Of a stretch of DNA of 64,000 bases, positions 29,673-37,497 are shown piece by piece. Origin of the DNA: Gammaproteobacteria bacterium (lineage in GTDB: Bacteria > Pseudomonadota > Gammaproteobacteria > Eutrophobiales > Eutrophobiaceae); contig OZ244905.1 in NCBI GenBank assembly GCA_965221695.1, positions 256,001 to 320,000 on the forward strand, given 5' to 3'. Each line of letters begins with the position of its first letter. Position 1 is the stretch's first letter. Position numbers and translations under genes: made by a program. The notes under the pieces were generated by a model. The model made no database searches. It worked only from the letters and a program-made list of their open reading frames with translations, and was not told where the DNA came from.

Positions 29673-29703
29673 AACCCGTCTCCTTAGGGGGACGGGTTTT
29701 TTT
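29673..29703 (+). terminator. Intrinsic terminator
   Basis: AACCCGTCTCC-TTAG-GGGGACGGG then T7; the stem includes a U-G pair that forms only on the plus strand. Confidence 0.8.
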
Positions 29704-29794
29704 ATCAGCCCATTCTGAGAAAACATTTCCTGTTCGACAATGAAAACTTTCGCGTTTTTGTGCTAAAACTCACATTTTTAACAAAGTTATTTAG

Positions 29795-29873
29795 GGAAAC
29801 TCTGAACAAGTCCATCCTGGACTTGCCGATACATCCTTGTATCTAAGGAACATCTGACTTAATCAGATGGTCC
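29795..29873 (+). mobile_element. IS5-like MITE, 79-bp internally deleted copy
   Basis: GGAAACTCTGAACAAG...TCAGATGGTCC flanked by TTAG direct repeats. Confidence 0.75.
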
Positions 29874-29907
29874 TTAGATAGCGCAAATCACGGATGCACG
29901 CGGTGAT

Positions 29908-32028
29908 ATGAAAAAGAAAAAAACCAAGCAGGAATACGTGTTATCAATACCGGAACGAGTTGAAATCCTTGAATTTCTGACAAATTCCGGCGCGCCGCGG
30001 CAACTGACTGAGATCGCGAATGCCTTTAATATGAAGAGTTCAGCGGAGCGGTCGGCGTTAAGCAAGCGACTCAAGGCCATGTTGCGGGACGGGCAACTGA
30101 TACGCAACCGTCGGGAGGGCTATGGCCTGCTCGACAAGATGGATCTGATCGCTGGTCGGGTGATCGGCCATGCGGACGGTTACGGATTTTTTCGCCCGGA
30201 TCAAGGCGGCGAGGACCTGTACCTGTCGTTGAAACAGATGCGCGCCGTGTTGCATGGCGACCATGTGGTAGTACGTTACGGCGGATATGACCGGCGCAAC
30301 CGCAGGGAAGCGGTGATTGTCGAAGTGCTGGAGCATGTTAACCTGAAAGTCGTCGGGCGTTTTCAAAAAGAAGGCAATGTCGCCTATGTGGTGCCGGACA
30401 ACAAACATATCCACCAGGATATCCTGATACCGCCACAGCAGAGAAAAAAGGCAAAAGCCGGCGAGTTCGTGGTGGCCGAGATCACCCGGCAGCCGGACCG
30501 GCACACCCAGCCCTTGGGCAGGGTCGTGGAGACACTGGGCCATTCGGGTTCCATTGATATGGCAACTGAAATCGCTATTCGTGCCTACCAAATTCCATAT
30601 CAGTGGCCGGACGAGATTACCGGTGAACTGGCCGGCCTGAAGCGCAAACAACCGGCGAAAAACAGGCAGGACTTACGGCAGTTACCGCTGGTCACGATAG
30701 ATGGCGAGGATGCCAGGGATTTTGATGACGCAGTCTACTGTGAGAAGCAGGGACAGGCATGGCGGCTGGTCGTTGCCATTGCCGATGTGTCGCACTATGT
30801 CAAGCCCGGAACAGCTCTTGACAGGGTTGCGCATGAGCGTGGGAACTCGGTCTATTTCCCCAACAGGGTCGTACCGATGCTACCGGAATTGCTCTCCAAC
30901 GACCTGTGCTCGCTTAAGCCGGACACGGACCGGTTTGCGATGGTATGTGATATGCGCATCAGCGAAACAGGGCAAATCAGGCGGTACCGTTTGTACCCTG
31001 CCGTGATCAGGTCCAAGGCCCGACTCACTTATAACCTGGTGAACGACTTGCTTGTCGGCAAAACGGCGCGCAAGCAATACAAAGCCGTTATTCCCCACCT
31101 CCAGAACCTGCAGGAGTTGTATCACGCGATGCGCGAATGCCGCAAACAACAAGGATTGCTGGACTTTTCCTCCAGTGAAATCAGGTTGTTTTTTGATGAT
31201 CAGGGCAATGTGAACGATATCAGGGCCATTGAACGCGGCGATTCACACAGGATGATCGAGGAATTTATGCTGGCCGCCAATATTTCCGTTGCGGAATTCC
31301 TGCTGAAGCATGAGGCGCCATGTGTTTTTCGCAACCATGCGGTGCCGAAAGAGGACAAGCTCAATGATCTGAATCGGTTCCTGGCCGATTTCAACCTTGA
31401 ATTGGGGGGCGGGCTTGATCCGAGTGTTAAGGATTATGCCGGGATCATGAAACAGGTCGAGGGCCGGGAAGACCGACACCTGGTTGAGACTGTACTGCTA
31501 CGCAGTATGCCGCTGGCGGTTTACGAAGGCGCCAACAAGGGCCATTTTGGCCTGGCTTTTGAGCATTACACGCATTTTACCTCGCCGATTCGGCGCTATC
31601 CCGACCTGCTTGTGCACCGGGCGATCCGGCATATTCTAGAGAACGAACCCTATGAGTATGATAAAAATGCTATGCACCGGCTGGGAAGCGAATGTTCGAT
31701 GACCGAGCGCCGGGCCGAAGAAGCCGCCAGGGATGTCGCCGCGCGCATGAAATGTGAATTTATGGTGGACAAGACCGGCAGGGTCTTTGATGGCATTATT
31801 TCCGGCGTGACCGGGTTCGGCCTGTTTGTCGAACTGGACGATATCTACGTTGAAGGGCTGGTGCATATCTCCGCATTGCCTGGGGATTACTACCATTTTG
31901 ACCCCATAGCCCATTGCCTGTCGGGGGAGAGAACGGGCAGGAAATTCTTTTTGGGCGACAGGATCCGGATCAGCGTGCTCAGCGTCAACGTGGATGAGAG
32001 AAAAATCGACTTTGATTACGTCGAGTAA
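29908..32028 (+). CDS. rnr: Ribonuclease R
   Basis: N-terminal HTH, GHADGYGF, VTIDGEDARDFDDA, HFTSPIRRYPDL, C-terminal S1 domain. Confidence 0.97.
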   Translation: MKKKKTKQEYVLSIPERVEILEFLTNSGAPRQLTEIANAFNMKSSAERSALSKRLKAMLRDGQLIRNRREGYGLLDKMDLIAGRVIGHADGYGFFRPDQGGEDLYLSLKQMRAVLHGDHVVVRYGGYDRRNRREAVIVEVLEHVNLKVVGRFQKEGNVAYVVPDNKHIHQDILIPPQQRKKAKAGEFVVAEITRQPDRHTQPLGRVVETLGHSGSIDMATEIAIRAYQIPYQWPDEITGELAGLKRKQPAKNRQDLRQLPLVTIDGEDARDFDDAVYCEKQGQAWRLVVAIADVSHYVKPGTALDRVAHERGNSVYFPNRVVPMLPELLSNDLCSLKPDTDRFAMVCDMRISETGQIRRYRLYPAVIRSKARLTYNLVNDLLVGKTARKQYKAVIPHLQNLQELYHAMRECRKQQGLLDFSSSEIRLFFDDQGNVNDIRAIERGDSHRMIEEFMLAANISVAEFLLKHEAPCVFRNHAVPKEDKLNDLNRFLADFNLELGGGLDPSVKDYAGIMKQVEGREDRHLVETVLLRSMPLAVYEGANKGHFGLAFEHYTHFTSPIRRYPDLLVHRAIRHILENEPYEYDKNAMHRLGSECSMTERRAEEAARDVAARMKCEFMVDKTGRVFDGIISGVTGFGLFVELDDIYVEGLVHISALPGDYYHFDPIAHCLSGERTGRKFFLGDRIRISVLSVNVDERKIDFDYVE

Positions 32029-32780
32029 TGCCAGCAAAAAAAATCGAGCTTATTTGTGGTTATCACGCAGTCAGGCATGTTCTGGATCGGCGTCCCCAGG
32101 ATGTGCTGGAGGTGTTCATATCAAGCGGCAAGCAGCGCTCGGCAAAACTGGACGAACTGTTAAGTGGGTGTGAACGCAATACCATCTCGGTGCAGCGCGT
32201 TTCATATTCCAAGCTCGACAGGATGCTGGACACGACCCACCACCAGGGCATTGCGGCACGATGCCGGCAACCTGACACGGCACAGCGTCTGAGTATCGAT
32301 GACCTGTGCGCAACCGCACCGGAACCTGGCGCAATGATACTGGCGCTGGACCGGGTGATGGATCCGCATAACCTCGGCGCGTGCATCAGGACGGCAGAGG
32401 CAGCCGGTGTGAATACCGTGCTGTTGCCAAAGTCCCATAGCGCGCCGCTGAGCAGCGTTGTAAGTAAAGTGGCCAGCGGCGCGCTGGAAAACGTAACAGT
32501 CATCAAGGTCACCAACCTTGCGCGCGCGCTCAGGCAACTGCGCAGTGCCGGTTACCATATTATCGGCGCCTGCGACACCGCCGGCAAAACAATTTACCAG
32601 GTCGGTATCCGGTTCCCCGCAGTCCTGGTGATGGGTTCGGAAGAGACGGGCCTGCGGCGCAACACCCGGGAACATTGCGATGAGTTGGTCAGAATTCCGA
32701 TGCGCGGTTTGGTGGAAAGCCTGAACCTGTCGGTCGCCGCGGGCGTGTGCCTGTATGAATTCAGGCGGCAGGGCAGTTGA
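32028..32780 (+). CDS. rlmB: 23S rRNA (Gm2251) methyltransferase
   Basis: HQGIAA, DPHNLGACIRTA, MGSEETGLR, IPMRGLVESLNLSVA; follows rnr. Confidence 0.96.
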   Translation: MPAKKIELICGYHAVRHVLDRRPQDVLEVFISSGKQRSAKLDELLSGCERNTISVQRVSYSKLDRMLDTTHHQGIAARCRQPDTAQRLSIDDLCATAPEPGAMILALDRVMDPHNLGACIRTAEAAGVNTVLLPKSHSAPLSSVVSKVASGALENVTVIKVTNLARALRQLRSAGYHIIGACDTAGKTIYQVGIRFPAVLVMGSEETGLRRNTREHCDELVRIPMRGLVESLNLSVAAGVCLYEFRRQGS

Positions 32781-32859
32781 GATAAGCGATTTCATTTGCT
32801 GAAACCTCTTCGTTGTGAGATTATTTTCAGACGCATTGAACAACCAAGGGAGAAGAATC

Positions 32860-33096
32860 ATGAGTGAACCCGAATGCCCGCAAAAGAGTCCTTACGCAGT
32901 TGAACTGGAGGCCGGGGTTTATTTCTGGTGCAAATGCGGCCACTCTGCCAATCAGCCGTTCTGTGATGGATCGCATGCCGGCTCCGACTTCACGCCGGTG
33001 CGGTTTGAAGTCGACGACACAAAAACGCTTTGGCTCTGCGGTTGCAAACGCAGCGGCAACTCCCATCTTTGTGACGGCACACATAACTCACTCTGA
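32860..33096 (+). CDS. CDGSH iron-sulfur protein with two CDGSH domains
   Basis: WCKCGHSANQPFCDGSH and LCGCKRSGNSHLCDGTH; RBS GGGAG before ATG 32860. Confidence 0.93.
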   Translation: MSEPECPQKSPYAVELEAGVYFWCKCGHSANQPFCDGSHAGSDFTPVRFEVDDTKTLWLCGCKRSGNSHLCDGTHNSL

Positions 33097-33165
33097 GCCT
33101 GAGCGGATGTCCCCCCTTGTAGCGCGGGCGTCTCAGCCCCTGAGATCGCAGGTATACCACCCCCT

Positions 33166-33257
33166 GGGAGCGCGGGTGTCTCGCCCCCGGGAGCGCGGGT
33201 GTCTCGCCCCCGGGAGCGTGGGTGTCTCGCCCCCGGGAGCGTGGGCGTCTCGCCTGC
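33166..33257 (+). repeat. Tandem array of four 23-bp REP-like units
   Basis: GGGAGCG(C/T)GGG(T/C)GTCTCGCCCCC starting at 33166, 33189, 33212 and 33235; decayed units upstream from about 33118. Confidence 0.9.
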
Positions 33258-33304
33258 AGGCAGGCGGAACGCCTGTGTTCCCAACCCGGCATTGGTTGCT
33301 TTAG

Positions 33305-34519
33305 TCAAGCACTTGCTGTAGTGGCGCGTTGTGCGCCAAAAGGCAGTTTTTGTATGCCTCGGTTGGTGTTGGAACAGAGTATGCGCCAGGCAGTAATCAA
33401 CAGGTCAGGACCGAACAATCGCTCCCGGCTCCAGCCGTCTTCAGCGGAATAGAATTCATCCATGGCCTCGCGGGCGAATATATCCTCGTTGTTGAATTTT
33501 TCCGGGACCAGATCGCGCCACAGGTAGTTCATTTCGTCAAAAAACCTCTTTTTCTCCTGTTCGTTCTTGACTTTTGACCCCCAGCCGATCAAGTACCTGT
33601 GGGTTCGTTCCGTGACTGGCACGTACCATTCGAAATGAACTATATGGGGCGCAGGGAAGGGGTCGACGCGCAAAACGCCCGGCATCCAAATTCCCACTTC
33701 AGGGATCATATCCTGCATCACCCCCGGCTCGTCGGGCAGGTATCGGGCTGAGATGGTTTTCCCAGCAGCGACTTCCACCTCCCACAGTGGCGTGCCTGCG
33801 CCCCGAATCAACCTTACACCGCAAGGCCCGTCGTGTTCCCGGTTGCCATTGATCACTTCCATGCCCCGGTCCTCGCCCAGGCCGGTATCACCCAGCACTG
33901 TCGGCACCTTGAAGCCGCGCACCAGCGGAGAATTCCGGTGCATATAGGCATGGGCCGGGTCAAACCCGTTTTCTGCGCCAAGGCGCCAGTTACAGTTCAC
34001 TTCCTTGGCCCAGCCCTGCGGGAACATCAACAGGTCTTCATCCAGGAACCCAGGGGGGACATCGGTTTCAAATTCTGTCGGTTCACCGTCGCCGATAAAT
34101 ACAAATACCAGCCCCTGGGTTTCCTTAATCGGATAGGTCTTGATCCTGTGTCTGCCGATAAGAGCGCTGTGTGGATCCGTGATGATATTGATGAGTTCTC
34201 CGGATCTCAGGTCGTAGGTGAAACCGTGATACCAACAGGTGATCGTCTCGCGCGTGTAGCATTCCGGTTTTTTAGACAGGGGCACACCCTTGTGAATACA
34301 TTGATCGTGTATCGCATAGACCTGCCCATTCAACCGGCGGAAAAGAATCCTTTCTCCCAATATGATCTCGCATCGGAAATGCGCTATGGGTTCGCCGTTG
34401 CCGGCGCTGGCATCCGCTTCCAAGAGTTCATGACTGAAGAATGCGGGATACCAATGGTTGCGAAAACCCAGATTGGCATCGAGATAGCCCTGCCAGGGCG
34501 ATGGCGCGTTCTCAGGCAT
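33305..34519 (-). CDS. Rieske non-heme iron oxygenase, carbazole dioxygenase CarAa / 2-oxoquinoline monooxygenase OxoO-like
   Basis: WQGYLDANLGFRNHWYP, CIHKG...CWYHG Rieske motif, ENGFDPAH...H, FNNEDIFARE; start MPEN at 34519. Confidence 0.88.
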   Translation of the reverse strand: MPENAPSPWQGYLDANLGFRNHWYPAFFSHELLEADASAGNGEPIAHFRCEIILGERILFRRLNGQVYAIHDQCIHKGVPLSKKPECYTRETITCWYHGFTYDLRSGELINIITDPHSALIGRHRIKTYPIKETQGLVFVFIGDGEPTEFETDVPPGFLDEDLLMFPQGWAKEVNCNWRLGAENGFDPAHAYMHRNSPLVRGFKVPTVLGDTGLGEDRGMEVINGNREHDGPCGVRLIRGAGTPLWEVEVAAGKTISARYLPDEPGVMQDMIPEVGIWMPGVLRVDPFPAPHIVHFEWYVPVTERTHRYLIGWGSKVKNEQEKKRFFDEMNYLWRDLVPEKFNNEDIFAREAMDEFYSAEDGWSRERLFGPDLLITAWRILCSNTNRGIQKLPFGAQRATTASA

Positions 34520-34524
34520 CCGGC

Positions 34525-35241
34525 TCAGGCAAGCGCCAGCAGTTCCAGCGCAAATTGGGCCGTGGCGGATGCCATGGGCACATGATCCGTGGCAAAGCTG
34601 ACAACTTTGCCGCACGGCAGCGCCGCCTGCATCTGGCGCTGGCATTCGATGGGTATGGCTTTGTCCTGCAGTGTCTCGAAATAGACCCGGGGTATCCGGC
34701 CGTAATTTTTCTCGCTCAGACGCAACGGCGTGGCCAGGGGCTTGCGCGCCATGGGACGTTGCAGTCTAGCGGCTTTGTCCACGGCCGCTTGCGGCGAGGT
34801 GTTGTAAATGAGGCTCGCCAAATGCTCTTTTCTGAAACTGACCGCGCCGTCCTGGCTGACATCGCAATGGCTGATAACTGGTGACGGGATCGGTTGGTTG
34901 TCCCAGAAGCTCTTCGGCGAACTACCGTCCGGCAGCAGAAATGCCGCGACATAAACCAGCGTTTTGATACGTTCAGGCTGGTGTTCAGCCGCCTGAGAGA
35001 TGGTTATACCTCCGAGACTGTGACCCACCAGAACCACGGGTTCCGCTTGCCGCTCCAGGATCTCGATGACCCGTCCGCAATAGCTGTCCAGGGTAATCTC
35101 GGATAGAGGAGTTTGATCCTTACCTTGGCTGGGCAGATCAGGCGCAATGACCTCATGCCCGGCCTGCTTAACAGGTTCACGCACCGAGTCCCAACTCCAA
35201 CTGCCGGAAAATGCGCCGTGTATCAATACAAATGCGGTCAC
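34525..35241 (-). CDS. Alpha/beta hydrolase (methylesterase/SABP2-like)
   Basis: FVLIHGA, GHSLGG, QDKAIP, TDHVP; RBS AGGAGAG before GTG. Confidence 0.9.
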   Translation of the reverse strand: MTAFVLIHGAFSGSWSWDSVREPVKQAGHEVIAPDLPSQGKDQTPLSEITLDSYCGRVIEILERQAEPVVLVGHSLGGITISQAAEHQPERIKTLVYVAAFLLPDGSSPKSFWDNQPIPSPVISHCDVSQDGAVSFRKEHLASLIYNTSPQAAVDKAARLQRPMARKPLATPLRLSEKNYGRIPRVYFETLQDKAIPIECQRQMQAALPCGKVVSFATDHVPMASATAQFALELLALA

Positions 35242-35271
35242 TTAATCTCTCCTGACTGACGTATTATTTAA

Positions 35272-35300
35272 TGAACCTCTGAGACTTAATCAGAGGTTTC
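35272..35300. mobile_element. 29-bp minimal MITE derivative
   Basis: TGAACCTCTGA-GACTTAA-TCAGAGGTTTC flanked by TTAA direct repeats. Confidence 0.65.
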
Positions 35301-35569
35301 TTAATTATAAAATATGTTTCCTGATTTTATCGATATCCTGAACAATTATTTGTCACTTTTGTCCATGCGCCATTGTTGCGCCTGTAATTGCAAGCATGTG
35401 CGTAGCCGGCCAAGCAACCGCCGCTTGTTTTGCCGTATTGTTTTGTTCGCACAATACAAACACCGCCTCAGTTGCTGCTTTGACCTGAAATCGTGCGTCC
35501 GTAACAGGTGAGATTACAAGGCTGTGTTCCTGCTGTTGCAGGGAAGGGACGGGAGAATGCCCTGGACCG

Positions 35570-36259
35570 TCAACGTCGCAAAAATGCGATCCAACGGTAG
35601 AAATTCAGCAGACTGGAAAGAGAGGCAGCAACATAGGTGAGCGCAGCGGCGCTGAGGATCCGGCGCGCAACAGGCTCTGCGCTACGCGGCAGATAATTAC
35701 CCTCAATCAAGAGCGGCAAGGCGCGGTTAAAACTGGCGTCCAACTCCACCGGCAATGTCACCAGGTGAAAAATAACCGGCAGCATGAGTATCAGGATGCC
35801 GGAAGCGAGCATCAGGATGCCGACCAACGGTGATTTTATCAGTATCGTTACGAACGGAAAGCTGACCAGCACGATCGATGCTATTTTCTCGGTATACGCG
35901 ATATACTTGGCCAATTTCCAACGTAGGTAAAGAGGTTTAAAACCAAACTTATGCTGCAAAGCATGGCCGACTTCATGCGCGGCAATGACCACCGAAGTCA
36001 GGGATTTGCGCTCAAAGACACCGGGAGACAGGCGCACGGCTCTGGTTTCCGGGTCGTAGTGGTCGCCGCCGTTTTCCAACGCTTCAACCTTACACTCGGC
36101 CAGTTTCAGGTGAGTGATTAAATGGCGAGCCAGTTCTCCACCGGTTCCGGGCAATTCATCTATTACCTTGTCGTAACGTTTGAAAACATATTTTGTCCAC
36201 AAGTTGGGACCCAGGATCAGCGCCAGTAGTAGAATAAAGCCTATGATACCGAGCAACAT
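35570..36259 (-). CDS. Membrane zinc metallopeptidase (YugP-like)
   Basis: GTGGELAR, DHYDP, AAHEVGHALQH, TLPVELDASFNRA, AAALTYVA. Confidence 0.92.
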   Translation of the reverse strand: MLLGIIGFILLLALILGPNLWTKYVFKRYDKVIDELPGTGGELARHLITHLKLAECKVEALENGGDHYDPETRAVRLSPGVFERKSLTSVVIAAHEVGHALQHKFGFKPLYLRWKLAKYIAYTEKIASIVLVSFPFVTILIKSPLVGILMLASGILILMLPVIFHLVTLPVELDASFNRALPLLIEGNYLPRSAEPVARRILSAAALTYVAASLSSLLNFYRWIAFLRR

Positions 36260-36281
36260 GACAAGGTCCTCTGATTTTACA

Positions 36282-37376
36282 ATGACTCCGGCGCAATATT
36301 ATCAGTCCGATATTGACAAGGGCAGGATCATATCTGATCCGGATCAGGCCGTTGTCATCAGTCGCGCGCAGTCATTATACGACGATCTGACGGGAGCTGG
36401 CGTGAATAGTCGCGTCAAACGTTTTTTCAGGCGGTTATCATCAGCCCGGCAAGACCAGGTCAAGGGTTTGTATCTCTGGGGCAGAGTCGGCAGCGGCAAA
36501 ACCTATATAGTGGATATGCTATACGATTGCCTGCCTTTTGATCACAAGTTGCGCGTGCATTTTCACCGCTATATGCAATGGGTGCACGCACAATTGAAAC
36601 AGCTCAATGATGTGAAAGAACCGTTGAGACGGGTTGCAGACAAGTTAGCCCGCGATACCCGCGTAATCTGTTTCGATGAGTTCCACGTTTCCGATATCAC
36701 TGATGCGATGCTGTTGAGCGGACTGTTGCGCGAATTGTTCCGGCACGGAGTCACCTTAATCGCCACCTCCAACGAACATCCGGATAAGTTGTATTGGGGT
36801 GGCCTACAACGCGAGCGTTTTTTGCCGGCAATTGAACTGATTAAACAGCACACCCATGTTGTCAGTCTTGATACCGGTGTCGATTATCGCTTGCGTTACC
36901 TGGACCAGGCCCGGACTTACCACTATCCACTGAATACTGATAGCAGTCAACGATTGAAAGAGAGTTTTACTAAAATTGCGTCGAAAGATGCCGTAGAGAA
37001 TATTTCCATTGAAATCGAAGGCCGAACGTTCACAGTAAAACGACTCGCTTCCGGTGTGGCCTGGTTTGATTTCATCGAACTGTGCGACGGCCCAAGAGGT
37101 GTTGCCGATTACATCGAGATTGCCCGACAGTTTCAAACGGTGTTTGTAGAAGGCATTATCCAAATGAACGATGCGGAGAATGACCTGGCAAGACGTTTTA
37201 TCAACATGGTGGATGAATTTTATGATCGTAATGTCAAACTGATTATTACCGCGCAAGCCAGCGCGCAGGAACTATATGTTGGTAAACGCCTGCGGCAAGA
37301 GTACGCGCGCACAGCAAGCAGGCTCATCGAAATGCAATCCCATGAGTATCTTGGCCGCCCACATTTGTCTGATTGA
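36282..37376 (+). CDS. zapE: Cell division ATPase ZapE (AFG1 family)
   Basis: GLYLWGRVGSGKT, HFHRYM, CFDEFHVSDITDAM, GLQRERF, RRFINMVDEFYD; start MTP at 36282. Confidence 0.95.
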   Translation: MTPAQYYQSDIDKGRIISDPDQAVVISRAQSLYDDLTGAGVNSRVKRFFRRLSSARQDQVKGLYLWGRVGSGKTYIVDMLYDCLPFDHKLRVHFHRYMQWVHAQLKQLNDVKEPLRRVADKLARDTRVICFDEFHVSDITDAMLLSGLLRELFRHGVTLIATSNEHPDKLYWGGLQRERFLPAIELIKQHTHVVSLDTGVDYRLRYLDQARTYHYPLNTDSSQRLKESFTKIASKDAVENISIEIEGRTFTVKRLASGVAWFDFIELCDGPRGVADYIEIARQFQTVFVEGIIQMNDAENDLARRFINMVDEFYDRNVKLIITAQASAQELYVGKRLRQEYARTASRLIEMQSHEYLGRPHLSD

Positions 37377-37497
37377 TGAGATGGAGCAGGGCTATCACGT
37401 CACCGCCGCGATGTGTGTTATTATTCAACCATCCGGAAAAAACAATAATAAGACAAGCTCGGCTTAATTCGGGCTTGCCAGGCTAGAGGAGGCGTTA

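Larger units (their letters stand above)
29556..29703 (+). ncRNA. Putative ~150-nt sRNA antisense to the tRNA-like element
   Basis: Bounded by the promoter at 29521-29549 and the terminator at 29673-29703; no credible ORF inside; start position estimated from the -10. Confidence 0.55.

Noticed and set aside
29473-29718. 81-aa and 60-aa ORFs over the tRNA-like element
   Set aside because: They are translations of structured RNA (VPRTGIEPV is the typical antisense-tRNA pattern), start upstream of the plus-strand promoter and lack an RBS.
33166-33257. Possible CRISPR array
   Set aside because: Units are contiguous with a 23-bp period and no unique spacers; no cas genes in the window.
32864-33452. 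Several 76-146 aa ORFs with repeated peptides
   Set aside because: They arise from translating the GC-rich 23-bp tandem repeat.
35314-35572. Cys-rich frame continuing past the zinc-peptidase TGA (read-through or selenocysteine idea)
   Set aside because: Needs two TGA read-throughs, no SECIS-like hairpin or family similarity recognised, and the peptidase already ends at its usual C-terminus.
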